From positions 18,600,001-18,664,000 of the forward strand of contig NC_092350.1 of NCBI RefSeq assembly GCF_963676685.1: a DNA stretch of 64,000 bases. Direction: 5' to 3'. Of this stretch, positions 12,601-22,900 are shown in pieces. The notes beneath the pieces are model-generated. The model searched no databases. It saw only the letters and a program-made list of their open reading frames with translations, and was not told where the DNA came from. This DNA is from Mytilus edulis. Lineage: Eukaryota. Position 1 is the stretch's first letter; every line of letters begins with the position of its first letter. A program made the position numbers and the translations under genes.

Positions 12601-13624
12601 GTGTACCATTTTGGTATACATATCAACCTAGCTTTTTCCTCATTTTTCCCAGGGATTCTTACACAATGTGAAATTTTACTCTTTACTGTATTGTATATGA
12701 ATTCATGACTTATTGATATGCATTATTCCTTTCAGGTGCACTCCATTCCCAAGCATTTGTACAGAGAGCTAAAGAGAAAGTCCAAGCATGTGAAGTTAAA
12801 CCACTGAGAAGATCATCCAGTCTTCCTAGACAGTCCCAGTTATGTCGAGATAGATCCTCACCTTATGAAACCCCTGAACAGTCACCAAAAAAAGCGTCCT
12901 CTTGTGACTCACCAAGCAAGTCATCAATAAGTGGCTCACCGAGCAAGTCATCAATAAGTGACTCACCAAGCAAGTCATCTATGAGTGACTCACCTAGTAA
13001 ATCCTCAATGTATGGTAAGTCTGGGCCTTAAAAAACACAGGACATATTTACAATTTGAAAATAACTTTGTTTTGATTCTGCTACAAAAAATATCTCTATG
13101 TTAATTATCAACTGATGAAGAAAAAAATAGCATATACAAAGCAATAGGGGGACATTTTATAATGTGTATCAAATTGGTGTACAGTTCACTTAATTGATTT
13201 AATCATAAATTCAGACATTTCCTAGGTTGAATGCTAATTATTTTTGAAAATATGATACAAAACAAGTACATGCTTCAAAACTATTTGACCCATATAGGTA
13301 ATGGTACAAGTTTTTAAAGGAGAAACAAATGGCAGGGTTTTTTCTTTTTTTTATACTGATAATTTGGTAAAATTGTTTAGTCAATCAGCTTCAGCAGTAG
13401 AATTGTAAATTTGATCCAATCAAGATTATTGGTGTTCATCACTTTTAAATAAATTTTTCTCCTTTATTTTTACAGAGCAAGATTCTGATCCACCACCATA
13501 CCACACAGTCTATCCCAGTATCTATCCAAGTCTACACTTCATCACCAGTAACCGTGACTACAGTCAGAACCAATCAGATCACAGTAACAACTCTTCACCA
13601 GAGACCAGCATTTGTAGAAAGTAA
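614..13624 (+). CDS. Spliced 11-exon gene, 366-aa BAR-domain protein resembling eisosome Pil1/Lsp1, with Ser/Pro-rich C-terminal tail
   Basis: Exons 614-642, 4530-4651, 6327-6379, 6898-6961, 7459-7538, 9423-9479, 10416-10497, 10898-11022, 11753-11813, 12736-13014, 13476-13624. All introns are GT-AG, phases are consistent, total 1101 nt, no internal stop. Protein: MEKASRAIRRSGTKLMSSLGDGTNSDMNVMISEVKNLRNSIKSQINAETSASQDMLRWSANEENRAIQDVCNHISELNLQWTEAQRELNDNLKDYMKMLELVLEGEKHVKEAKNNLDNCENKEKDYQKKLKKTCKKGSVEERMSFESKVTQAQKSRDVALLEVCEKVRENEAVKMIRLKEGLTKISEAYMMMGKKCSILFEAERDVANLIPDVHGQNLEEIKYTGALHSQAFVQRAKEKVQACEV...SICRK*. The gene structure is high confidence; the family call is moderate. Confidence 0.85.
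890..1019. repeat. 65-bp tandem duplication (2 copies) in intron 1
   Basis: aacagaaaatt(g/a)aagaaaaagggggatgtggtacttcagt(g/t)actccttttgtggtagg occurs at 890 and 955. Confidence 0.9.
1848..2221. mobile_element. hAT-type MITE with 8-bp TSD
   Basis: Termini CAGGGGTCAAATTTA ... TAATTTCGAACCCTG, perfect flanking duplication ACTATGTA (1840-1847 and 2222-2229), repeated subterminal ctactggtcc motifs. Confidence 0.85.
3145..3500. mobile_element. MITE, PIF/Harbinger-like (3-bp TCA TSD)
   Basis: ~40-bp imperfect TIRs GGCCAAAATTAAAAATATGTTTGTTTCCCCTCCCC / GGGGAGGGGAAACAGACATTCTTTTAAATGTGGCC, flanked by TCA on both sides. Confidence 0.75.
4530..4651 (+). CDS. BAR/Pil1-like gene coding exon 2
   Basis: tttttacag acceptor, open frame SGTKLMSSLG...NAETS, gtaaat donor. 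Confidence 0.85.
6327..6379 (+). CDS. BAR/Pil1-like gene coding exon 3
   Basis: ttttag acceptor, ASQDMLRWSANEENRAIQ, CAG|gtaaga donor. Confidence 0.85.
6898..6961 (+). CDS. BAR/Pil1-like gene coding exon 4
   Basis: ttttcag acceptor, DVCNHISELNLQWTEAQRELN, gtgagt donor. Confidence 0.85.
7055..7350 (+). repeat. Dispersed repeat, copy 1 (second copy at ~16005-16250)
   Basis: Shared blocks acttccgttc.tatgttaa, atattgcacaaa, ggcaaattaaattctta.aattgatattcagcactgct and tggtaaatga.gtca. Confidence 0.75.
7459..7538 (+). CDS. BAR/Pil1-like gene coding exon 5
   Basis: ttgtacag acceptor, DNLKDYMKMLELVLEGEKHVKEAKNNL, gtaaaa donor. Confidence 0.85.
9423..9479 (+). CDS. BAR/Pil1-like gene coding exon 6
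   Basis: poly-T/aag acceptor, DNCENKEKDYQKKLKKTCK, AAG|gtaaag donor. Confidence 0.8.
10416..10497 (+). CDS. BAR/Pil1-like gene coding exon 7
   Basis: ttttgtag acceptor, KGSVEERMSFESKVTQAQKSRDVALLE, gttagt donor. Confidence 0.85.
10898..11022 (+). CDS. BAR/Pil1-like gene coding exon 8
   Basis: ttttcag acceptor, VCEKVRENEAVKMIRLKEGL...FEAER (inside ORF-track 10819..11064), gtaaga donor. Confidence 0.9.
11120..11390 (+). mobile_element. Helentron-associated (HINE/pearl-like) non-autonomous element
   Basis: T-run start, 5' stem-loop atgccc...gggcat, short gtcc/gttc microsatellite, 3' ggggcatcc plus hairpin ending ttcttgtt. This architecture is typical of bivalve HINEs. Confidence 0.55.
11753..11813 (+). 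CDS. BAR/Pil1-like gene coding exon 9
   Basis: tttcag acceptor, DVANLIPDVHGQNLEEIKYT, CAG|gtttgt donor. Confidence 0.85.
12137..12510. mobile_element. MITE-like repeat with long internal hairpin
   Basis: Inverted repeat aagaattgaatgcttctttttgtaact...gtaaaagcgttgac / gtcaacgcttttac...agttacaaaaagaagcttcaatactt spanning ~12139-12295. Confidence 0.6.
12736..13014 (+). CDS. BAR/Pil1-like gene coding exon 10
   Basis: ctttcag acceptor, GALHSQAFVQRAKEKV...DSPSKSSMY, gtaagt donor. Confidence 0.9.
12906..13013 (+). repeat. Coding 27-bp minisatellite, 4 copies, (D/G)SPSKSS(I/M)(S/Y)
   Basis: GACTCACCAAGCAAGTCATCAATAAGT-like unit x4, in frame in exon 10. Confidence 0.95.
13476..13624 (+). CDS. BAR/Pil1-like gene terminal coding exon 11
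   Basis: ttttacag acceptor, EQDSDPPPYHTVYPSIYPSL...SICRK then TAA. Confidence 0.85.
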
Positions 13625-14230
13625 ATGGACAAAAGAAAGATAATTCAAATTGGTGCTAATATTAGAATGTAGATTATTATAGCTTGTTTTTTCTAAGATA
13701 CAAATGTACTGCTCTCATGCACTGACATGATGTTTATTTTAAAATTGTTTGTAAGCTGATAAAGGCTAGGCACTTAACAAAGTAGCCATTATAATAATTT
13801 GGTGTAAAGTTCATTGTATGAAAATAAGACATATAAAGACATAGTATTATGCTTGTTAATCCTTGAAAACATTGTAGTTTTTAGCTGTCATTGTTAATCC
13901 TTGATGAATTTTTTGCTTTTGTGTATTGCTTTGGACAACCAGTTATTCATATCCCATTGAAATAAATATCTTTAGATGCTTTAGTAGAAGCAAAGTATGA
14001 GTATCTTGGAATGGACAACTTTTTCATATGAATAAAGCAAAGAAAATTCTTAAAAGAAATTAAATAAATAAACTCACTGTTATGAATTATAAAGTTCACA
14101 ACAAAAGAATTTCGATTTTTTTGTTGTTGTTTTCACTTATTCTGCTATGAATTGAATTATTAAAGCCATCAAGTTTAAGATCTGTGTTTGCTTAAATTAT
14201 ACAGGTTGATAGAGGAATCGTTAAAGGCAA

Positions 14231-14816
14231 AGGAGTAAGTTCGGAAAGGGCCATATTTGGCCCCAATTATAAAGTTCATAGTTATAAGACAATAATCTTT
14301 TTAAGTTGCCTTAAAGACATGTGAGAAAGTTAAACAGGACTATTTTTGTCAAATTTTAATTCTAACACGTTGATTTTTACATCCCAAAAAGGTCAAGATA
14401 AGGGATTTTGGTGAAATGTGATAAAATCAGCTGGATTTCAACCAAATCAAGGACCAGGAAACAGAGCGCAGGCGTCGACAAACTTAATTTTCAAATAAGA
14501 CATGTTAAATGTCTTCACAAACATTATTTTAAAAGATCTTTGTTGTCGACGTATGCGCTCTATGTTTCCTGTCCAATAATCTATGGAAATTTAACCATTT
14601 TCATTGATTTTTTCGTGAAAAATCAATATGAGCATGATGAGTACAACTTGTGACGTCATAATGAAATGCAGAAACGTAAAATTTTCAACAAAATGGCTTA
14701 TTTCCTATCTAGTCATTGTATTAGCTATAATTTATTGTGATATTGGTCAATAAATCCGAATTTGAAATTTACACTCAAAAAGGGGGCCATTTTAGGACCT
14801 TACCGAACATACTCCT
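14231..14816. mobile_element. Non-autonomous DNA transposon (MITE), possibly Kolobok-like
   Basis: TIRs AGGAGTAAGTTCGGAAAGGGCC / GGACCTTACCGAACATACTCCT. TTAA lies on the right flank; the left flank is degenerate. Confidence 0.65.
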
Positions 14817-16004
14817 TTAAGACCACCATTTGTCTTATTATTTTTAAATTATTAGTGTACAAACTTTTTTTTAATTTTGTCAAGTTGACTTCTTGGTGAG
14901 GCAAATTTTAGATCATGATTTGTCCTATTATTTTAAAATTGTTATTGCGTAAACATTTTTTTACAATTTAGTCAAGTTGACTTACTTCTTAGATGCATGC
15001 ATACTTTGTTATATTTTTTATGTGATATATTTTTTATTCCTTTCCTACCATACATAGTAATTGTATCTGGATACAGTTTGGTAACAGGAGATTACCATGA
15101 AGTTGTGGTCACATGATCTTGAAGTACAGTACATATAAAGTTTATTTTCATATGCATTTTGAGAATATTTCAATTTTTGGTTTTAACCAAGTTTTCATGG
15201 TTAACTAAACATGAAATTGTAATGTTGTGAGTGGTCCATTGTGTCTTATGGACACATATCCTTGCTTATTGCATGCAATGAATTTTGTTTAAGGGTAGAC
15301 ATAGTCAATCTTTTATTTTAAAACAGCTATGACACACCAATGAAATTATAAAAAGCTTAATGATTTATAAGATAGAATAGCTAGACCATCCATAATATAT
15401 TCAAACAATACAGTATATATATATAACATATATGACTAATTTTACCATATTATAGACAACACCTTTATATTCTGGTATTTTTTTACTAGATGTTTCAGTA
15501 TGTGGATTTTTCTCCGTTTCTCCTGTGATGTCAAAATTTTACAGGAACTTCTGTGATGTCCAGTTATGGTGGACAGATAGCGGGAAGTTGTATCCAGAAA
15601 GTTTAATATAGAGTAACAGTTTATATTCATTAATATTCATTATATTTAAATAATGCATGAAAAATAACCCCAAAATCTATGTCTTCATTTTGTATGTGAA
15701 TATATATATGTTTTCAGTCAAACATATGCTAATTGGCCTATCAGTGATGATTGATTATAATCTTTTCAAAAATATGATGAAAACTAGTTTTTATTAGTTC
15801 TCTATTTCCTAGGTAAGGAAAACATTTAATGTCTAAAATACTATTTAAAAAAATATGATTTGACAACAAAAGATTCAAATCATTAATGCACAAATTGTAC
15901 TAGTATGATTTGAAAGGATTTGTACAATAGACAACTTTCGAGTTTGATGTATATCTGTCAAAAACTTTGGTTTTAGTGAACATCATTCAAGCGTTTAGGG
16001 GTGT

Positions 16005-16250
16005 CGTCACTTCCGTTCCTATGTTAAACGATGGGTTGAAAAAACTATAGTGCTATATTGCACAAATTATTCGGCAAATTAAATTCTTATAATTGATATT
16101 CAGCACTGCTTTTATTAGAGAATAGTGATAACGTACTTACAGAACAAATATTATTTCTAGTTTATCCTGCATAATGACAATCATGTCTGGTAAATGACGT
16201 CATAAAGGCGCGCATAATTGACAGAGTTTTTTTCCAGTGAAGGACAAACT
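16005..16250 (+). repeat. Dispersed repeat, copy 2 (homologous to 7055-7350)
   Basis: Same conserved blocks as copy 1. Confidence 0.75.
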
Positions 16251-17879
16251 CAAAAGTCGTCTATTCAATCAAGTCTTCAAATAAAAAGTCGAATTTAAAC
16301 ATTGATAGAGCATTTTGCACTTAAACTTCTGGTGAAATAAAAGATATTTCCAGATGCAAATTATACTTTATTATATCTGTATCAAACGTTTTAGTTGTAT
16401 TCAGTTTATAGAAAGACAGATACATGTTGTATTTATATTTAATTTGTATAAGCTAGTCAAAGGAGCAAGACATTTTTTTATATTACTTTTACTAATATTT
16501 CTTTATTTTGAAATATATTCTTTTCTATCACCTCTTTAACTCATATGCTAGTCATAACATTGTGTAATATTTAGTAAATGTTTATATGTCACATTTTGCA
16601 TGTGTTCATCTGTGAACGTAAATGTGTGTTCTTTGTAAAATTTCTATACACCGTAGTTGTTTATTTGTCACATTTGTGTACATGTTCATCTGTAAGTGTG
16701 TTCTTTGTAAAACTTTTATACACAGTAGTTTGTAAATAGTTATGTGCACAAAAGCACCTTTTGATAGCAATATTTCATTTCTTATTCTTTTTAAGATTTT
16801 TTTAATAAATTCTTGATACTATTATGTTTTGTTATGATTATATTAAGTGCACAAGGTATTATCAACCCAATAATGGATTAAGGATGTACTAAGGTGAAAT
16901 TTGAAAAAATCAAGAACTTAAAATTTATACTATAAGTCGAAAGAGCATCAGTTAAGGAACAAGATAAACTAAAAATATTGATAGGTTATGGAGCTCCTTT
17001 TGAGATATTTTGGTTTTAAAAAATGATGGGAAAAGGCTGACTTCGATTTTAACCTTACATTTGCATTGGTATTATTTGGGTCTCAAATAGAAAGAAATGA
17101 AAAGAATTTGTCTAAATTTTGGAAAATGACTTTTATGAAAAGAAAAATGGGTTTATGAGGCAAAATATTTTACCCTGTATCAATGGGGAAAAAACTGCAC
17201 CATCCCCAATTACCTTGAGTTGAAAAAATATCGGAAATTTTTGTCTCAACTTGAAAGACTCAAAAAGCCAAACTTAAGAAGGCTGTTTCCAAGAGAAGCA
17301 CCATACTAAAGTTGTTACATGTTGTGATTGGGTTAGTATATGGCAAACCACTAATTGTGAATAAATGATACAAATCATACATCTTTAACAGGGTCAATGG
17401 TAGTATTTAGTATTGTTGCTATTTTAATTTCAACATTTGCTTTATCTTAACTACAAAAAAGCGAGACATATCTCTGTGCTAACAGTTTATTTGTAACCAG
17501 GATTTGCTTTTGCTCAATCTTTTTATGTCTGTTGAACAGGGGTATACTATTGTTGCCTTTATTTACATAAATCTTTTTTGAAACTTCACAAGTCTGCATT
17601 CTCGAAATGGTTAGTCGACACCTTATTAGAGTAGTTCCCTTTGATGAAGATATGTACAATTGATAGCGTGTTTGTCTTATATCATAAACCATATAATAGA
17701 TCGATAGAAATTTAAATTAGCATGCTTGAAGATTTTGATTTGATATTCGATCATAAAAGAGTAAACCATATTAACACCAGTGCAAGTTATTTATCAAGTT
17801 AGTTGTTCCAGTGCAATGAATTTTTAACTGGTAGGGGAATATTTATTGCCATGCAATACTATCAGAATGCTTGTTTCAG

Positions 17880-18700
17880 TTGTTTTGTTGCTGAAAATAC
17901 AGTACTCCCTAATTATGAGTTATAGTCCTTATCTCCGATACTATAAGCAATAGGTCAACTATAGAAAGATGTACATGTTGGACTGGCAGGTTACATCTGA
18001 ACTTTACCTCATTTTCATGGTTCATTTGTCAATGTAGAGTTTTTGTGGTCTGGTCAGTTAACCGGATACTATAAGCAAAATATTATCTGTATTTGGTGTG
18101 TGGAATGATTAAGGTGTACATGTCTGTTTAACTGGTTTCACCTGACCTTGACTCTTTATTTATTCATTGAACAATGTTGTAGGTTTTTTTTTCTGCTTTG
18201 GATTTGTCTTTGATACTATAAGCCTTAGAGACATTATATTTGATATATATTATTGAACGATTTCGGTAGACATTTTCTCGTTTAAATTGTTTTACTTTGT
18301 CATTTCGGAACCTTTTAAAGATGACTATGCGGTATGGGCTTTGCTCATTGTTGAAAGCCGTACTGTGACTTATAGTTGTTAATTTCTGTGTCATTTTGGT
18401 CACTTGTGGAGAGTTGTCTCATTGGCAATGGTACATCTTTTTATATGTCTGTCAGTGTCTGTCCATGCATATAGCAAATAACTGTAAGCCATTGGTTAAC
18501 TATATTTGTTGTGAGGAATGATTATAAGATGTCTGTCTGGTAATGTTCATCAGACCTTAACCTCATTTTCATGATTATTGGTTTAGTCTATGTTCACAAG
18601 CAGGCTTCTTTCTCTGGCCATTTGGCTTACAGTGTGTGGAATGTGGAATTGAGTACTAGTGTATGCAATTTCAAACTTTATTTGGTGTATGTTATGAAAT
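17880..18700 (+). repeat. Degenerate tandem-repeat core (HINE-like) interrupted by a SINE-like repeat at ~18265-18445
   Basis: Recurring gatactataagc...tgtacatgt...gacctt.acctcattttcatg units. The insert ends ggagagttgtctcattggca, as also seen at ~28565-28585. Confidence 0.5.
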
Positions 18701-19577
18701 TTTATTTGATCAAGTGAAGACTTTTCAGCATGTGCAGTCTTTGTCATTTTAGTTGCATTTTATTAAGTTAATTATTTGTAAGTATGAATAAAGTGCCTTC
18801 GCAAAGAATTAAAATCTGACAATGTCAACCATATTGAAATTCCAAATATTTCACAGAGGCTAGTTTAACTATTCTTGCTTTTGTCTCTCACAGACACTAG
18901 ATATTGATACTCCAAAATAGAAAACAATGGACGTCTCTTCCCTCACAGCTCTTAAGCTATTCGATTAGTAAAATCCAATGAGATCATTTAAGTGAATTCT
19001 TTTCTTAAACCTCAATGAAATAGTACAGAAATCATGCAGATTGATTGCAACACTCTGTACGTTACAAACCCTTGGGCAAAAATCCGATATCTGTCCCTCA
19101 AGCATGCCCTTACTCTTTTAGTGTCGGACAAAATCACACCCCTTCATGCTTAGCATCCAAATATTGCATTAATTGTAAGTTTGTTCTCGCCTTATTTATT
19201 CATAAACTAATTGTCACTGGACGTTTATCTAAGATAAATCAGTCGATCAAATCGAAATGCCATACTAAAGAGACAGGGGACACTTAGTATCAACAGATGG
19301 AACAATTGAATTTGAATAAGATCTTCCCCTTTTCGTTGGGAAAACGATAGGCTGAAACAGTTGTTCAGTGACATAAAAACACACACAAAACTTTCATGTA
19401 GTAAGCAGTAAGTTGAAGCAGTTGAGACTGATTATTTTCTGAACTGTACAACGTCAAGAATATGGAAGTTGTTTTCCGTTCGTTCGGTTGGTTGATATTG
19501 TCGCAGATTTGATTTTGTCATGTTGTGTGAAAAGTACCCCTAGCTGCTATTATGATATGGAAACAAAGTGATGCCAC

Positions 19578-19945
19578 ACCAGGCAGAAGCTAGCGAACAA
19601 TAGCTAGCGAACAATAAGCCAGCGAACAATAAGGCGATATATCGAGAAACCAAAAAACACAATAAGACAACAACGGCCGTTAAATAAAAAAATATTTAAA
19701 AAGGCAGAAAATCAGTTAAAATATAGCAATTTAAACTCAATTTTGAAATGGTTTTTATCCAATCTATTGATTTAACAAGTCGCATAACTTTTTAGGCTAA
19801 TATTCAGTACCACAATAACTATGCATCTATCAACGGATTATTTGTAGGTGTAGGGCCACCTATGCACCCTCTTCAATTTAGAACGTATGTAAAAGTAGTC
19901 CTACCCTGTAAAATATAGCACCTTTTATGTCATTGTTTAATCTAC
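19578..19945 (+). repeat. Left outer TIR domain (~370 bp) of the foldback element
   Basis: Near-identical reverse complement of 37731-38101; contains three (G)CTAGCGAACAATA-type short repeats. Confidence 0.9.
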
Positions 19946-22900
19946 AGCTCAAAATTTGAAAAAAATGTCAAAAAATTAGGAGGGTCGGCCTATTCCAGGG
20001 CTTCTAGAGAAAAATAATGAGGGGTGTCACGGGGAATGACTATACAGGTCTTGTAGAGGAGAAACAGGCGCTTCTTTTGCGCTAGTTATCGAAGGGCGCT
20101 ATGTTCAAAAATCTGAAACTAGAGCTCAAAATTTGAAAAAAATGTCAAAAAATTAGGGGGGTCGGCCTATTCTAGGACTTCTAGAGAAAAATAATGAGGG
20201 GTGTCACGGGGTATGACTATATAGGTCTTGTAGAGGAGGAACAGGCGCTTCTTTTGCACTAGGTATCGAACGGTGCTATGTTCAAAAATCTGAAACTAGA
20301 GCTCAAAATTCGAAAAAAATGTCCAAAAAATGGGGGTAGGGTCGGCCTATTCCAGGAGTTCTAGAGAAAAATAATGAGGGGTGTCACGGGGTATGACTAT
20401 ATTGGTCATGTAGAAGAGAAATAGAAGCTTCTTTTGCGCTAGGTATCAAAGGGCGCTATGTTCAAAAATCTGAAACTAGAGCTCAAAATTTGAAAAAAAT
20501 GTCAAAAAATTAGGGGGGTCGGCCTATTCCAGGGCTTCTAGAGAAATATAATGAGGGATGTCACGGGGTATGACTATATAGGTCTTGTAGAGGAGAAACA
20601 AGCGCTTCTTTTGCGCTAGGTATCAAAGGGCGCTATTTTCAAAAATCTGAAACTAGAGCTCAAAATTTGAAAAAAATGTCAAAAAATTAGGGGGGTCGGC
20701 CTTTTCTAGGACTTCTAGAGAAAAATAATGAGGGGTGTCACGGGAAATGACTATATAGGTCTTGTAGAGGAGAAACAGGCGCTTCTTTTGCGCTAGGTAT
20801 CGAAGGGCGCTATGTTCAAAAATCTGAAACTAGAGCTCAAAATTTGAAAAAAATGTCAAAAAATTAGGGGGGTCGGCCTATTCTAGGACTTCTAGAGAAA
20901 AATAATGAGGGGTGTCACGGGGTATGACTATATAGGTCTTGTAGGAGAGGAACAGGCGCTTCTTTTGCACTAGGTATCGAACGGTGCTATGTTCAAAAAT
21001 CTGAAACTAGAGCTCAAAATTCGAAAAAAATGTCCAAAAAAATGGGGGTAGGGTCGGCCTATTCCAGGAGTTCTAGAGAAAAATAATGAGGGGTGTCACG
21101 GGGTATGACAATATAGGTCTTGTAGAAGAGAAACAGGCGCTTCTTTTGCGCTAGGTATCAAAGGGCGCTATGTTCAAAAATCTGAAACTAGAGCTCAAAA
21201 TTTGAAAAAAATGTCAAAAAATTAGGGGGGGTCGCCCTATTCCAGGGCTTCTAGAGAAAAATAATGAGAGGTGTCACGGGGAATGACTATATAGGTCTTG
21301 TAGAGGAGAAACAGGCGCTTCTTTTGCGCTAGGTATCAAAGGGCGCTATGTTCAAAAATCTGAAACTAGAGCTCAAAATTTGAAAAAAATGTCAAAAAAT
21401 TAGGGGGGTCGGCCTTTTCTAGGACTTCTAGAGAAAAATAATGAGGGGTGTCACGGGGAATGACTATATAGGTCTTGTAGAGGAGAAACAGGCGCTTCTT
21501 TTGCGTAAGGTATCGAAGGGCGCTATGTTCAAAAATCTGAAACTAGAGCTCAAAATTTGAAAAAAATGTCAAAAAATTAGGGGGGTCGTCCTATTCTAGG
21601 ACTTCTACAGAAAAAATAATGAGGGGTGTCACGGGGTATGACTATATAGGTCTTGTAGAGGAGGAACAGGCGTTTCTTTTGCACTAGGTATCGAACGGTG
21701 CTATGTTCAAAAATCTGAAACTAGAGCTCAAAATTTGAAAAAAATGTCAAAAAATTAGGGGGGTTGGCCTATTCCAGGGCTTCTAGAGAAAAATAATGAG
21801 GGGTGTCACGGGGTATGACTATATAGGTCTTGTAGAGGAGAAACAGGCGCTTCTTTTGCGCTAGGTATCGAAGGGCGCTATGTTCAAAAATCTGAAACTA
21901 GAGCTCAAAATTTGAAAAAAAATGTCAAAAAATTAGGGGGGTCGGCCTATTCCAGGGCTTCTAGAAAAAATAATGAGAGGTGTCACGGGGAATGACTATA
22001 TAGGTCTTGTAGAGGAGAAACAGGCGCTTCTTTTGCGCTAGGTATCGAAGGGCGCTATGTTCAAAAATCTGAAACTAGAGCTCAAAATTTGAAAAAATGT
22101 CAAAAAATTAGGGGGGTCGGCCTTTTCTAGGACTTCTAGAGAAAAATAATGAGGGGTGTCACGGGGAATGACTATATAGGTCTTGTAGAGGAGAAACAGG
22201 CGCTTCTTTTGCGTAAGGTATCGAAGAGCGCTATGTTCAAAAATCTGAAACTAGAGCTCAAAATTTGAAAAAAATGTCAAAAAATTAGGGGGGTCGTCCT
22301 ATTCTAGGACTTCTACAGAAAAATAATGAGGGGTGTCACGGGGTATGACTATATAGGTCTTGTAGAGGAGGAACAGGCGTTTCTTTTGCACTAGGTATCG
22401 AACGGTGCTATGTTCAAAAATCTGAAACTAGAGCTCAAAATTTGAAAAAAATGTCAAAAAATTAGGGGGGTTGGCCTATTCCAGGGCTTCTAGAGAAAAA
22501 TAATGAGGGGTGTCACGGGGTATGACTATATAGGTCTTGTAGAGGAGAAACAGGCGCTTCTTTTGCGCTAGGTATCGAAGGGCGCTATGTTCAAAAATCT
22601 GAAACTAGAGCTCAAAATTTGAAAAAAATGTCAAAAAATTAGGGGGGTCGGCCTATTCCAGGACTTCTAGAGAAAAATAATGAGGGGTGTCACGGGGAAT
22701 GACTATATAGGTCTTGTAGAGGAGAAACAGGCGCTTCTTTTGCGTTAGGTATCGAAGGGCGCTATGTTCAAAAATCTGAAACTAGAGCTCAAAATTTGAA
22801 AAAAATGTCAAAAAATTAGGGGGGTCGGCCTTTTCTAGGACTTCTACAGAAAAATAATGAGGGGTGTCACGGGGAATGACTATATAGGTCTTGTAGAGTA

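Noticed and set aside
614-13624. FAM92/CIBAR ortholog, or fungal contamination
   Set aside because: The motif pattern (RWS..E...DV; PD...YxG..S) fits recalled Pil1 better than FAM92. Ten long introns containing local repeat families show the gene is native to this genome. No gene symbol was assigned without a search.
21-19300. Numerous 60-110-aa ORFs in introns and intergenic DNA (also 38300-40600 and 62000-63400)
   Set aside because: Low-complexity AT-rich or repeat-derived translations without domain motifs. Only 10819-11064 overlaps a real exon.
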